This document shows positions 1-10,722 of a stretch of 64,000 nucleotides of DNA, one piece after another. The stretch comes from Octopus bimaculoides. Its lineage: Eukaryota. Every line of letters begins with the position of its first letter. Positions within the stretch are counted from its first letter, which is position 1. The translations under genes were made by a program, and so were the position numbers. The notes under the pieces are model-generated. The model was not told the DNA's origin. It was given only the letters and a program-made list of their open reading frames with translations, and searched no databases. The stretch spans positions 90,540,739-90,604,738 of the forward strand of contig NC_068986.1 in the NCBI RefSeq assembly GCF_001194135.2, given 5' to 3'.

Positions 1-351
1 TTCCAGAGTATGGACCAGACAACCCAAGACGGTCCAAGAGAACCCGTAAAACCCAAGAGAGACTTTGCTGTTGATACTTCTTGTGTAGCATCAATTTCAG
101 TGGGGAGGTGTTATATGGACTGTTAGATATGTAATTCGTCTGACGTTCCGTGTGTCATGTGGTTCGTCTGAGTTCATTGTTTCATTGTTGTTGTCTTGTG
201 GGACTGTCGTAGTAAAAGGTCTTTGATATATATATGGCGGACATGACTTTTGTTTATTCATAACGAACATTGGGTGAGTGCGTTCTTTGTATGTAATTGA
301 ACAATAAATGTAATAATTAAATTATATAACTCGTTGTGTTATCTCTGCGAG

Positions 352-717
352 TCACCCGAGGGAAACATAACAGTTTTCTATTACCGATTTGTGTGTCCAA
401 GATGTCCTGAGAAAGTGGCCCACAAAAGCCAAAAACTTCGAAGGCGGAAGATGGACTTGTTGCAGAAAAGTGTTCTTAAACATAGATACGGAGTACTCAC
501 ATTCTCTTTTAGCCTGCCGACGTCGTCGCACCAACTTACGGCAGCGCCACATGTTTGTCCCTTTGCGCAAAATACACGGGGTATTGCAGGTCGGACAATT
601 CCGAGTAAGTGGCAGGACGCCGTGTTCGGTTAAAAACGCAATAGATGCTTCATCATTCTCGTAGAAACGCCGAATACCGTCATATAGAGTGATATCACAA
701 GAGTCGCAGCGAGCCAT
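352..717 (-). mobile_element. Merlin (IS1595/ISXO2-like) DNA transposase, N-terminal fragment
   Basis: ORF has FLTEHGVLP..CPTC...WRC...C.YSVS.FKNTFL..HL...F..HFL, which resembles the N-terminal zinc-ribbon region of Merlin transposases. It stops before any DDE core. TIRs were not identified. Confidence 0.65.
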
Positions 718-868
718 GCTATAGTAAGTAAGTCTTCGAAAATGAACAACCTTTCAGAAGTGAACCAATTCGGACGATCCTATTGGCTATTCACCGCAAT
801 TTAAGCACACTCAAACAAACTCACGTGTGTAAATGTAATTTTTTTTTTTGGGGGGGGGGGGAAATCAA

Positions 869-1066
869 TTCTGAATTGACGGGCACCACTTGTTTTCTTA
901 ACAAAACACTTTCAAACTGGTAAAATGTGTCATATAAAACATCTTTTACAAAAGTTTTTATCTGTTCTATAACACAAAATATACAAGTATACGAAGTTTG
1001 AAAGTGTTTCGGTACCAAAAACACTACATAAAACATAAATGAAAAGTGGTGCCCGTCAATTCAGAA
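869..1066. repeat. Small inverted-repeat (MITE-like) element
   Basis: Perfect 23-bp inverted repeat TTCTGAATTGACGGGCACCACTT at 869-891 and 1044-1066. The interior (about 897-955) resembles 56138-56200. Confidence 0.7.
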
Positions 1067-2099
1067 AGATCCTTTTTTTGTTAGACAAATGCACAAAATT
1101 TTTTTTTTCCGTTAATTTTTTTGTTGGAAGTTATGAGGCAACAAACTCGTGGGATGGGGTACTCATCTGCAGTTATGCCACATCTTGCTTCTTAAACTTT
1201 TTTTCCATTACTCAAATATGTTTATTGGGAGAAAATATTAAACAGACAGGGAAGGTATCAAATGGTCGTGAGATGTACTAAAAACAACAGCTAAATCGCC
1301 CTTAACTTTCTTTCCATAGTGAAACCATATTCAACACTGTATTTATGAATTTGTTTCTCTCATCATAATACATGGTATCTTTTTTAAAACGTTTTGCTAC
1401 TGCTCAAATGAAAAATAAATTAATCTTAAAATTTTGTATCAAACTTTTTCAATAACACTCAAGCTAAAAAATAATTTATGAATTTCTTTCTCTTCGAAAG
1501 CCCTCTTCCCACACCCACGGAAAAAAATTTTCCCCACAAATTTCTTTATAATCGTAATCTATGCAATTTTAAAGGTATTTATATAAAATTTCATTGAAAG
1601 ATATCCATTTTCCTAAAAGTTATGAGAGAAAAAGTCGGATCGTGTAAATATCCCGCCGCGGTTCGTTGGCGCAAATTTTTGTTTTCATATTCGTTTAATA
1701 CACGCTTTTCTACACCTATTACACTTTTTTTTGTGTGACTCTGTTTAAAATAATAACCAAAATTTTAACCGTAATCACTTTCATTCAGTTAATTTATTAA
1801 AATATTCCGTATTGTAGATTCTTTCTCCAAAAAAGTTTTGTTAATCATTATTTAATATTCGAAATAAGTCAATCTATTCAGGCGAGACGAGTAAATCGGT
1901 ATCTAAAAAACACAGCTTGGTATCTGAGATATACTGAAACGAAATAAAAGAAAATATTATCGAAAATGCTCCTAAATTAGCAGAATGTGAAAATCTGAGT
2001 TAACGCTATATAATTATTGTTGACATTAGCAGAAAGCAATAGTAGAGAGGATGTTAATGTATGAAACATGTTTGACAATGTTTCTCAAACTTACGATTA

Positions 2100-2136
2100 G
2101 TTTTGTCTCTACATCCGGTCAGCCATATTTCGCTGT
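2100..2136 (+). promoter_or_regulatory. Conserved ETS/YY1-like promoter block, putative promoter of ZNF gene 1
   Basis: 31/37 identical to 18274-18310. Contains ACATCCGG (ETS-like GGA(A/T) core) and GCCATATTT (YY1-like). Confidence 0.55.
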
Positions 2137-2265
2137 TTCTTTGTTGTATTTGTTGGTTTAGATGAGTTTATACTGATTACTATGCCTTTTGTATATAGAG
2201 AGGGTATGTACTACAAAAGAAGACTGTATTCGTGGGATTGAAGAGAAAGTAAACAATATGAAGAG

Positions 2266-2271
2266 GTAAGA
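2266..2271 (+). other. Candidate splice donor of a non-coding first exon (ZNF gene 1)
   Basis: GAG|GTAAGA about 130 bp downstream of the conserved block. An alternative GG|GTATGT lies near 2204. Confidence 0.35.
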
Positions 2272-2739
2272 TAGCTTTCGTTTGACATGAAAGTTTATAT
2301 TGTAAGTTTATGTTGGTAGTTTTCACTTGTTAACAATTATCTCAGTCATCCTTGTGTATCGAATGAAGAAAATGAAAAACAATATTTACTGTTGAGCTAG
2401 TTGTTGGGCCATCCCTTTCGAACCACAAATCAAATTGATCCAGCAAACTTATGATCAAATGTGTTCTACCTGTGTCCACCCTGTCTTCTGTTGTAGGTCG
2501 ACATTGTCGAATGATATTCTTTTTTTATGAGATTATAAAGAGTAATTTGTTGAAAATTTGGCTGTTGTTTCTAGTAGGTGAAGCTGCCATAGAGTTTCGC
2601 ACAAACTTTTAAGATAACGATCCACCTAAGCTTTTGCATGATAAAACACCTGTGTATAATAATTTAACATAGGTTTTCCATAGGTTGCTTGGCTTGATAG
2701 GAACCTGCAACTGCAGGGTACATTGAGCTCCAGTGTCAG

Positions 2740-2860
2740 CTATGGTTGGATGCCCTCCCTAATGTCACCACTAATGCCAGCCACTTTGTAGGGTGTACGA
2801 GGTGCGTTTTTTTTTCTTTTTTTTTGTGCCACTGGCATAGTAAGGTCGCCAAGAAGAGGA
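2740..2860 (-). mobile_element. Degraded RTE-type 3' tail fragment
   Basis: GGATGCCCTCCCTAATG...CCACTTTGTAGGGTGTAC resembles the RTE 3' UTR at 4742-4930. Confidence 0.45.
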
Positions 2861-3431
2861 AAATGAAAAAATATGTCCCTTCCACTTAATGGAAGGGAGG
2901 TATTTGAGCTAGGGAGATGGCTTTATGTCAGGTGTTGATGAAACAAGCGCAAATGTCTTGCTACAGAGAAAATACTTAGCTACTTTGCATTATATAAGGG
3001 TAGATGAAAATAGCTGGGTAGAAGATAAGATGGTTGTGATGGGGGTGCCAGAACAAACTCTCATGATACCAGAAGGTGAACATAAGAGAGGATACGGACA
3101 GTAGATCAGGAAGAAGGCTTGGGTAGTTTAGTAAGTGAGGAGAAACTGATAGATGGTTAGAAATGGGGTAGAGTGAGTAAACAGAAGTGGGTGTGAGAAA
3201 AACCAGTATAGAGAGGGGTTAAGGTGAGAAAGATAGGAGTCTGTCAGAATGTTGGGGAATGATATACAAGTTGAAGGAGATGATGGCTATCGTGAGTGAG
3301 ACGTGACGGCACATATGAGAGGGTGCTGAGAATGATGGCAGATATGAGAGGTGTTAAGATGAAGTATGGCAAAGGAGAGGGAGAAAACTGAAGGCACGGA
3401 CGGGAAGGTGATTAGTGATATACACACATGT

Positions 3432-3570
3432 CATTATCCTCATTTAATGTCAGTTTTTTGTGCAAGCCAGAAGACAGTGCCAAGCTCTACTGTCTGGTTT
3501 GGTGCAGTTTCTACAGCTGGATGTCCTTCCTAACATGAACCACCTTACAGAATGTACTGAGTGTAGTTGC
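3432..3570 (-). mobile_element. Degraded RTE-type 3' tail fragment
   Basis: TTTCTACAGCTGGATGTCCTTCCTAAC is the reverse complement of the family-B/RTE tail motif. Confidence 0.55.
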
Positions 3571-3611
3571 TTTTGACATGGTACCAGCTTCATGTGTGTA
3601 TGTGTGTATAT

Positions 3612-3920
3612 AAGTGGCTGTGTGGTAAGAAGTTTGTTTTGTGACCAGATGGCTCTAGGTTCTGTCCCACTGTGGGGAAGGCTACTGTAACCCTGGGCTG
3701 ACCAGATCCTTTTGAGTGGATTTGGTACATAGAAATTGAAAAAAGCTTGTCATATACATATGTGTGTGTCTTTGTTTTTGTTCCCCCACCACTGCTTGCC
3801 AACTGGTGTTGGCTTGTTTACATCCCCATAACATAGCAGTTCAGCAAAAGATTCCCATAAAATAAATACAAGGCTTTAAAAACAGTAAGTACTGGGGTTA
3901 ATTCACTCAACTAAAATTCT
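3612..3920 (+). mobile_element. tRNA-derived SINE, family A (degraded)
   Basis: GTGGCTGTGTGGTAAG head, internal (TA)/(TG) spacer, and the family-A tail with AGAATAAGTAC-like motifs. Confidence 0.7.
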
Positions 3921-4480
3921 TCAAGGTGTAGCCCCAGCATGCCCACAGTCCACTGACACACACACACACACGCACATATATAGATAGACATATAATCGTT
4001 CATCATGTATGCGTGTGTATGTGTATATATATATATATATATATATNNNNNNNNNNNNNNNNNNNNNNNNNNNNNNNNNNNNNNNNNNNNNNNNNNNNNN
4101 NNNNNNNNNNNNNNNNNNNNNNNNNNNNNNNNNNNNNNNNNNNNNNNNNNNNNNNNNNNNNNNNNNNNNNNNNNNNNNNNNNNNNNNNNNNNNNNNNNNN
4201 NNNNNNNNNNNNNNNNNNNNNNNNNNNNNNNNNNNNNNNNNNNNNNNNNNNNNNNNNNNNNNNNNNNNNNNNNNNNNNNNNNNNNNNNNNNNNNNNNNNN
4301 NNNNNNNNNNNNNNNNNNNNNNNNNNNNNNNNNNNNNNNNNNNNNNNNNNNNNNNNNNNNNNNNNNNNNNNNNNNNNNNNNNNNNNNNNNNNNNNNNNNN
4401 NNNNNNNNNNNNNNNNNNNNNNNNNNNNNNNNNNNNNNNNNNNNNNNNNNNNNNNNNNNNNNNNNNNNNNNNNNNNNNNN

Positions 4481-4710
4481 GGCACATAAAAGACACCATT
4501 TCGAGCGTGGCCGTTTTCGTGCGGGTGACACGTAAAAGCACCCACTACACTCTCTGAGTGGTTGGCGTTAGGAAGGGCATCCAGCTGTAGAAACTCTGCC
4601 AAATCAGACTGGAGCCTGGTGTAGCCATCCGGTTTCACCAGTCCTCAGTCAAATCGTCCAACCCATGCTAGCATGGAAAGCGGACGTTAAACGATGATGA
4701 TGATGATGAT
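4481..4710 (+). mobile_element. SINE/LINE-tail family B (RTE-like 3' end, (GAT)n tail); 5' part in gap
   Basis: GGTTGGCGTTAGGAAGGGCATCCAGCTGTAG...CCCATGCTAGCATGGAAAGCGGACGTTAAAC(GAT)n. Matches 12168-12310 and 19535-19785. Confidence 0.8.
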
Positions 4711-4741
4711 ATATAGGCATATAATCTAATCATTCATCATG

Positions 4742-6785
4742 TATGTCATCATCACCATCATTATTCAATGTCCATTTTCCATGCAGGCATGGGTTGGACT
4801 GTTTGACAGGAGTTGGCCAGCTGAAGAGCAGCCCATGCTCCAGTCTGTTTTGGCATGGCTTCCACAGCTGGATACCCTTCCTAATGCCAACCACTTTACA
4901 GAGTGTACTGGATGTTTTTATGCAGTAACAGCATGGGTACTTTTACGTGGCACCAGCATGGGTGCTTTTTATTTGACTCACACAGTTTGACTCACACAGT
5001 TAGGAACCCTCAGCTGGCAAGGGGTGCGGAGGATACCCTGTATGCAAAGACAACCATGTTTTTACTTGACTTGACATGCCTTTTCAAACACAGCAAACCG
5101 CCAGGAGTCTCAGTCCCCTGTTATCCTCTGTGTGAGTCCCAATATCTGCAGATCCTTTCTCACAACTTCTCGGGTCTACCCCTTCCACATGTTCCCTCTA
5201 CAATTAGAGATCGGCACTTCTTGAGTCAAGTGTCTTCATTCATATGCATTACATGGCTATACCAGCACAATCTTCTCTCTTACCCAGGTTTTTTCTTCAA
5301 TCACTTACACTCTGTTGTATATGCACACTGACATTACCCATCCAATGGAGCATACTGGCATCATTTCTTTCAAGCTTTCACATATCCTCGGTAGCCTCAG
5401 CCTACTCACTGCTGTGTAGCATAGCTGTTTGTACACAGGCATCATACAACTTGTCTTTCACTCTGAGGGCGAGGCTCCTTGTTTCTAACAGAGGGAGTAA
5501 CTCTCTGAATTTCGCCCAGCCTATTCTTATTCTAGCCATCATTCTTTCGGAACAACCTCTCCCACTACTAACTTGGTCACTTGAGTAACTGAAACTGTCT
5601 ACTACTTCTAAGGATCTCCCCTGATATTTGGGGGAGTCTATTTTTTGTACATTCCTGGTGTTTACTGTACCTGTACATCTACCAGATATAAAGACTACTT
5701 TCTCTGTTAGTCTTCCGCTGTTACTGCTGCACTTCTTATGTGTCCATGGCTTGCACTGGATACACCTTATGGAGTGTCTCCTGACACCTTTTTTTACATA
5801 TTGAGCAGGGCCATTTCCCTGAAGGGATCTACTTATCAATATTTTGTTTTTTGTTAAATTAACTCTAATGCCACTTTGATTCTAGTCCGTGCTTCCATAC
5901 CTGAAATTTCTTCTCTAATTGTGGTAGTGATTCAGCAATAGGAGCAAGTTCATCAGCCTAGAGGAGCTCCCAAGAGCAGCAGGTCTTAAATTCCTCAATT
6001 ATAGCTTGGAGGACCATCATAAATAAGAGGGGGCTAAGAACCGAACTCAAGTGGACTCCTACTTGTACACTTGCTGTACTTATTGGTGACTCTCACCTTA
6101 CTAACAGTATCCTTGTACATGGCTTTGTCATCTCTCACTAACCACTCATCTATCCCTAGCTTCCATATTGCCCACCAGATAAGGGAGTAGGGGACCCTGT
6201 CAAAGACTTTCTCCATATCAACAAAAGCCAGATACCGAGGTTTATTTTTGGCCAAGTACTTCTCTTGCAGTTGCCTCAGCATGAAGACAGCATCAGTGGT
6301 GCTTCTCCCTGGTGCAAATCCAAACTGCATCTCATCTATGCTAACTCTCTTTCTAATTAATTGAGCTATGACCCTTTCTCCAACTTTCATCACCTGGTAC
6401 AACAATTTGATGCCTCTGTAATTATTTTTGTATAGGGCATTATTTTTGCCTTTGTAGCAGTTGATTATAATGCTGCTACACTAGTCATTGGGTATGACTC
6501 CTTTGTGGACAATTTGATTAACTATACAGGTGACCAGGTTATATGCTGCTTGCCATATATTTTAAGCATCCCAGTGTTGATTCCTGATGGGCTGGAGGCT
6601 TTCCCTGTCTTCATATCCTCAATTGCTTTATCTACTAAGCTACTGTCAGTTTGAATAGTCAGCCCCTCTGTTGGGTCCACATTAGGCAGGCTCTCTTCCC
6701 AAGCATTCTCTACATTCAGCAGCCTTTCATAGTGGCACTTCCAAGCCTCCTTCTTTGCAGAACCACTAACTGACACGCATGCATG
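4742..6785 (-). mobile_element. RTE-clade LINE, 5'-truncated, decayed RT
   Basis: Fragments KTGKASSPSGI, QFGFAPGRSTTDAVF, AFVDMEKVFDRVP, GVH.SSVLSPLLF, ELL*ADEL (YADD hit by a stop near 5949-5960), SLEVVDSF.Y and RIRIGWAKFRELLPLL. A PHD-like finger lies at 5675-5807, and the 3' UTR ends in a (GAT)n-like tail. Confidence 0.92.
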
Positions 6786-6804
6786 CATATATACACTTTA
6801 TGTA

Positions 6805-8016
6805 CAGGGTGTTTTGGCTAAATTTGACTGTTTGCATAAAAGGTAAAGAAAACACTATATCCTATCCAAAAATAAAAGTATTTAAGAAATATCAAAAAAT
6901 ATCAACTCGATCATGACTGGAAGATAACAGTTTACTCAAAGTAACCATCCTCAGCTTTCACCACTGCCTCGTGATATCTCTGGAACCTAGTGCATGCATT
7001 CCTCTGTCTCTGAGATAATCTTTGAACACCTTGATTTTAGCTACCAGCTCAGCCTTGGTGTTGCAGGCAGAGCAGTTAGTGTTTTTATGAACCATGCTTC
7101 ATAGATAGTAATCCCTAGGATTACTATCAGGGGAATTAGGAGGTCAGGAATTGGGGCTGGTGAAGTTATAGAAATTCTCTGTCAACTACTTCAGACTCTT
7201 TCTGAAAGCATGCCATGGAGCCAAATCCTATAGCCACACATATGGCCTTCTCCAGCCAGATTTTGATCACAGTCTCCATCAACTTCATATAGCTGTCTGA
7301 ATTAAGCCTAAGGCCCTGTTCCAAGATGTGGGGTAATATGATGTCAGCCTCACTGGAGACACACCCAAAGACAATCACAGATTTAGGGAAACTTGGCTTT
7401 CATCATATGTGTGGCACCACTTGAATTGTAAGCAAGGCACCTGTTGTTCTGGATGTTTTGCAACTGGTCCTGGTTGAAGTTCTTTTCATCTGAGAAGAAC
7501 CAGATCATCCCCAGCTCAGCAGGATGCCACAGCTTATTCAAGAGTTTCTTGGCATTGGCTATCAGAATTTGTCCCTTGCACCCCTTATATGTGTGGTAGT
7601 AAAGATCCTTATTCAGTACCAACTTCATGGTGGCGATTCCAACACCCATCTCTCTCACTAAAACCTGGATTCCCTTGTTCAGATCTTCCATCACCTTGTC
7701 CTGCTGTTGTATGAATTCCAATGTTTTGACACAGTCAGAACGCCTGCTATGTCCTGTTCTGCTGGTCATGGCTTTGTAGTCTCCATTGCAGTTGTTCGTG
7801 TCATATCTGCTGCCTTTACAGTGTTCACAGAACATTGAGCAGCAGTCATGATGTTGACAGTGTGAATCATCAGAATACAAGTTTCCCTTTTCCGATATTC
7901 AGATAGCTCCCAACCGTCCATGTCAGCTATCTTTTTTCTCAGCCACAACTTTAGTTTCAAGCTGTTCTTGAAAAAAGGAGACACAAAAAAATGCCAAATT
8001 TAGCTTGAACACCCTG
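6805..8016 (-). mobile_element. Tc1/mariner element, DD37D (maT) type, full-length but decayed
   Basis: TIRs CAGGGTGTT(TTG/CAA)GCTAAATTTG with TA on both sides (6803-6804, 8017-8018). Motifs FSDEKNF, VFGCVSSE and *PPNSPDSNPRDY. Counted 37 residues between D2 and D3. Confidence 0.9.
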
Positions 8017-8053
8017 TAATGTGTGTCTTTTTTAAGCCACTATATTTAAAAGT

Positions 8054-8420
8054 GTGGAGGCCCAGTGGTCAGGGCAGCAGACTCGCGGTCATAGGATTGC
8101 GATTTCGATTCCCAGACCGGGCGTTTTGAGTGTTTATTAAGCGAAAACACCTAAAGCTCCACGAGGCTCTTGCAGGGGATGGTGGCGAACCCTGCTGTAC
8201 TCTTTCTCTCACTCTTACTTCCTGTTTCTGTTGTACCTGTAATTTAAAGGGTCAGCCTTGTCACACTGTGTCACGCTGAATATACCCGAGAACTACGTTA
8301 AGGGTACACATGTCTGTGGAGTGCTCAGCCACTTGCACGTTAATTTCACGAGCAGGCTGTTCCGTTGATCGGATCAGCTGGAACCCTCGACGTCGTAAGC
8401 GACTGAGTGCCAACAACAAC
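8054..8420 (+). mobile_element. tRNA-derived SINE, family C, with 10-bp TSD
   Basis: A-box/B-box-like head and (CAA)n tail. ATTTAAAAGT is duplicated at 8044-8053 and 8421-8430. A second copy lies at 17762-18129. Confidence 0.9.
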
Positions 8421-8682
8421 ATTTAAAAGTAAGGCATAATAAATTATATTTAAGTTGAACATCTAAAACAGATATATCTATCCAAAACTTCTGTTTCACT
8501 AATTGGTTAATAGAACTGACATAGTTCTTTTATAGTCTTTTAACTGCCAAGTCAGTATTTTAAAATTTCTTCCTAAGTGAAATCTACCTTTTAAGTGAGC
8601 ATTGCAAATATAATTCATCATTATGTCTCACAGATACATAAATATAATGCCACTTTCAATCTTGTATCATATGAAGTTACAT

Positions 8683-8709
8683 GCTAATAATGGTTTTCTT
8701 TAATTTCAG
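8683..8709 (+). other. Branch point and splice acceptor of the ZNF gene 1 coding exon
   Basis: CTAAT followed by TTTTCTTTAATTTCAG|, about 290 bp upstream of the ATG. Confidence 0.55.
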
Positions 8710-8999
8710 AACATTTGTGTCAGACTGTGGAGTTCTACCTGATAATGCCATCATTCAGTTGTGTTTGCTGAAATAACCAGTGTGTGGTGTTTATTAAAGT
8801 TGTCTGAGGATAGTGCGATGTAAGACAAACATATCTACAGTGAACAGTTATAATATATCTGATATTAGTGTGAAGTTAATGTTACATCAAATGCAAATTA
8901 GTTAATGGAAATGAACAGTTGACCAATGAAACATTTTTTTGTATGTTCTACATCACTTGAATAGAGACATCATTGTTATAAAGTTCTATTAATCTGACA

Positions 9000-10613
9000 A
9001 TGTTTGAACCGGAAGAGAAACCATATAGATGCGATGTTTGCGGGGAGCTGTTTTCTATAAAGAGTAACTTTGATGCTCATAAGTGCACTCAAAAAGGTAA
9101 AAAAGTGTACCATTGTGAATATTGCAGGAAAGTCTTTTATCGAAAGTGTACATTAACAGATCACACACGTATTCACACAGGAGAGAAACCCTATGGCTGT
9201 GAAATCTGTGGGAAAGCATTTTCTTTTAGTAGTAATTTGTCCCGTCATATACGCATTCACACTGGAGAAAAACCACACAACTGTGATATCTGCGGAAAGG
9301 CATTTTCTTGTAACAGTGCGTTATCATATCACAAACGCATTCACACAGGAGAACTACCACACCACTGTCAAATCTGTGGAAAAGGATTTTCTTTTGTTAG
9401 TAAATTAGCTATTCATGTGCGTATTCACACTGGAGAGAAACCTTATAATTGTGAAATTTGTGGTAAAGCTTTTTCTTGTAATAATAAATTAACATATCAC
9501 AAACGTATTCACACAGGGGAAAAACCCTACCACTGTGAAATTTGTGGAAAAGCATTTATTTTTAATAATCATTTAGCTTATCATAAACGAACTCACACTG
9601 GAGAAAAACCATACCAATGCAAAATTTGTGGAAAGGCATTTTCTTGTGGTAGTTATTTAAAAGATCATAAACGTATACACACAGGAGAAAAACCATATGA
9701 TTGTGACATTTGTGGGAAAGCATTTTCAAGTAGTACACAGTTATCCAGTCATAAGCATAGGCACAGTGGAAGAACACCGTATCACTGTGGATTTTGTGGG
9801 AAAACATTTCCTCTGCAGAGTCAATTATCACTTCATAAAATTATTCACACAGGGAGTGAACCATATTCATGCGAAATTTGTGGAAAAACATTTTCTTTGA
9901 AGAGTAGATTAACTTTCCATAAAGTCGTTCACACAGTAGAAAGGCAAGGTGATAGTGGAATTTGTAGAAAAGAGTTTTTACAAAAGGTTCAGTTGAAAGA
10001 TCAGAGGTTTAATCGCATTGAAAGAGTTTACCGTTGTGAAATATGTGACAAAGTATTTTCTCATAGCAGCAACTTAGCGGCCCATAGACGCCTTCATACA
10101 GGAGAAAATCTTTACCATTGTGAAATATGTGGGAAAAAATTTTCCTGTAACAGTAAACTAACAGATCATAAATGGAGTCACACGGGGGAAAAGCCATACC
10201 ATTGTGAAATATGTGAGAAATCTTTTTCTCGAAAGTCAAATCTGTCTCGCCATAAACGCACTCATACTGGTGAAAAACCATATCAGTGTGAATTTTGTGA
10301 AAAAGCATTTCATAGAAAATGTCACTTATCAGAACATACGCGTATTCACACAGGAGAAAAACCATACCAATGTGAAATTTGTGACAAAACATTTTACAGA
10401 AAGGATCACTTGGCAGAGCATACACGTATTCACACAGGAGAAAAGCCTTACCAATGTGAAATTTGTGACAAAGCTTTTTCTAGTAGTAGTCACTTGTCAT
10501 ACCATATACGCATTCACACTGGAGAAAAACCATACCAGTGTGAAATTTGTGGTGAAGCATTTTCTAGGAATAGAAATTTAATACGTCATAAACAAATTCA
10601 TACAAGAAAATAA
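9000..10613 (+). CDS. Tandem C2H2 (Kruppel-type) zinc-finger protein, 537 aa, 19 repeat units (17 canonical), no effector domain visible
   Basis: Uninterrupted ORF of Y/H-x-C-x2-C-GKAF-x5-L-x2-H-x3-H units with TGEKP linkers. Unit 1 lacks the second His, and unit 12 lacks one Cys and both His. Confidence 0.95.
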   Translation: MFEPEEKPYRCDVCGELFSIKSNFDAHKCTQKGKKVYHCEYCRKVFYRKCTLTDHTRIHTGEKPYGCEICGKAFSFSSNLSRHIRIHTGEKPHNCDICGKAFSCNSALSYHKRIHTGELPHHCQICGKGFSFVSKLAIHVRIHTGEKPYNCEICGKAFSCNNKLTYHKRIHTGEKPYHCEICGKAFIFNNHLAYHKRTHTGEKPYQCKICGKAFSCGSYLKDHKRIHTGEKPYDCDICGKAFSSSTQLSSHKHRHSGRTPYHCGFCGKTFPLQSQLSLHKIIHTGSEPYSCEICGKTFSLKSRLTFHKVVHTVERQGDSGICRKEFLQKVQLKDQRFNRIERVYRCEICDKVFSHSSNLAAHRRLHTGENLYHCEICGKKFSCNSKLTDHKWSHTGEKPYHCEICEKSFSRKSNLSRHKRTHTGEKPYQCEFCEKAFHRKCHLSEHTRIHTGEKPYQCEICDKTFYRKDHLAEHTRIHTGEKPYQCEICDKAFSSSSHLSYHIRIHTGEKPYQCEICGEAFSRNRNLIRHKQIHTRK

Positions 10614-10716
10614 TCAAATTTGTGAAAGTGCCTTCCATTTAAATATAGATGAAATGTGCAAAGATTTAACACTAAAATTTGTGATATATTTTCTCAAAAT
10701 TGTTCCTTATTTTTTT

Positions 10717-10722
10717 AATAAA
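10717..10722 (+). terminator. Possible polyadenylation signal of ZNF gene 1
   Basis: First AATAAA after the stop codon. The context is AT-rich, so support is weak. Confidence 0.25.

Noticed and set aside
8054-8130. tRNA-like A/B boxes as tRNA genes (all SINE heads)
   Set aside because: They continue into SINE bodies and tails and have TSDs. I could not find a complete cloverleaf.
9193-10581. Alternative-frame and antisense ORFs within the ZNF genes (also 20822-21142)
   Set aside because: These are shadows of the periodic finger codons and have no independent domain.
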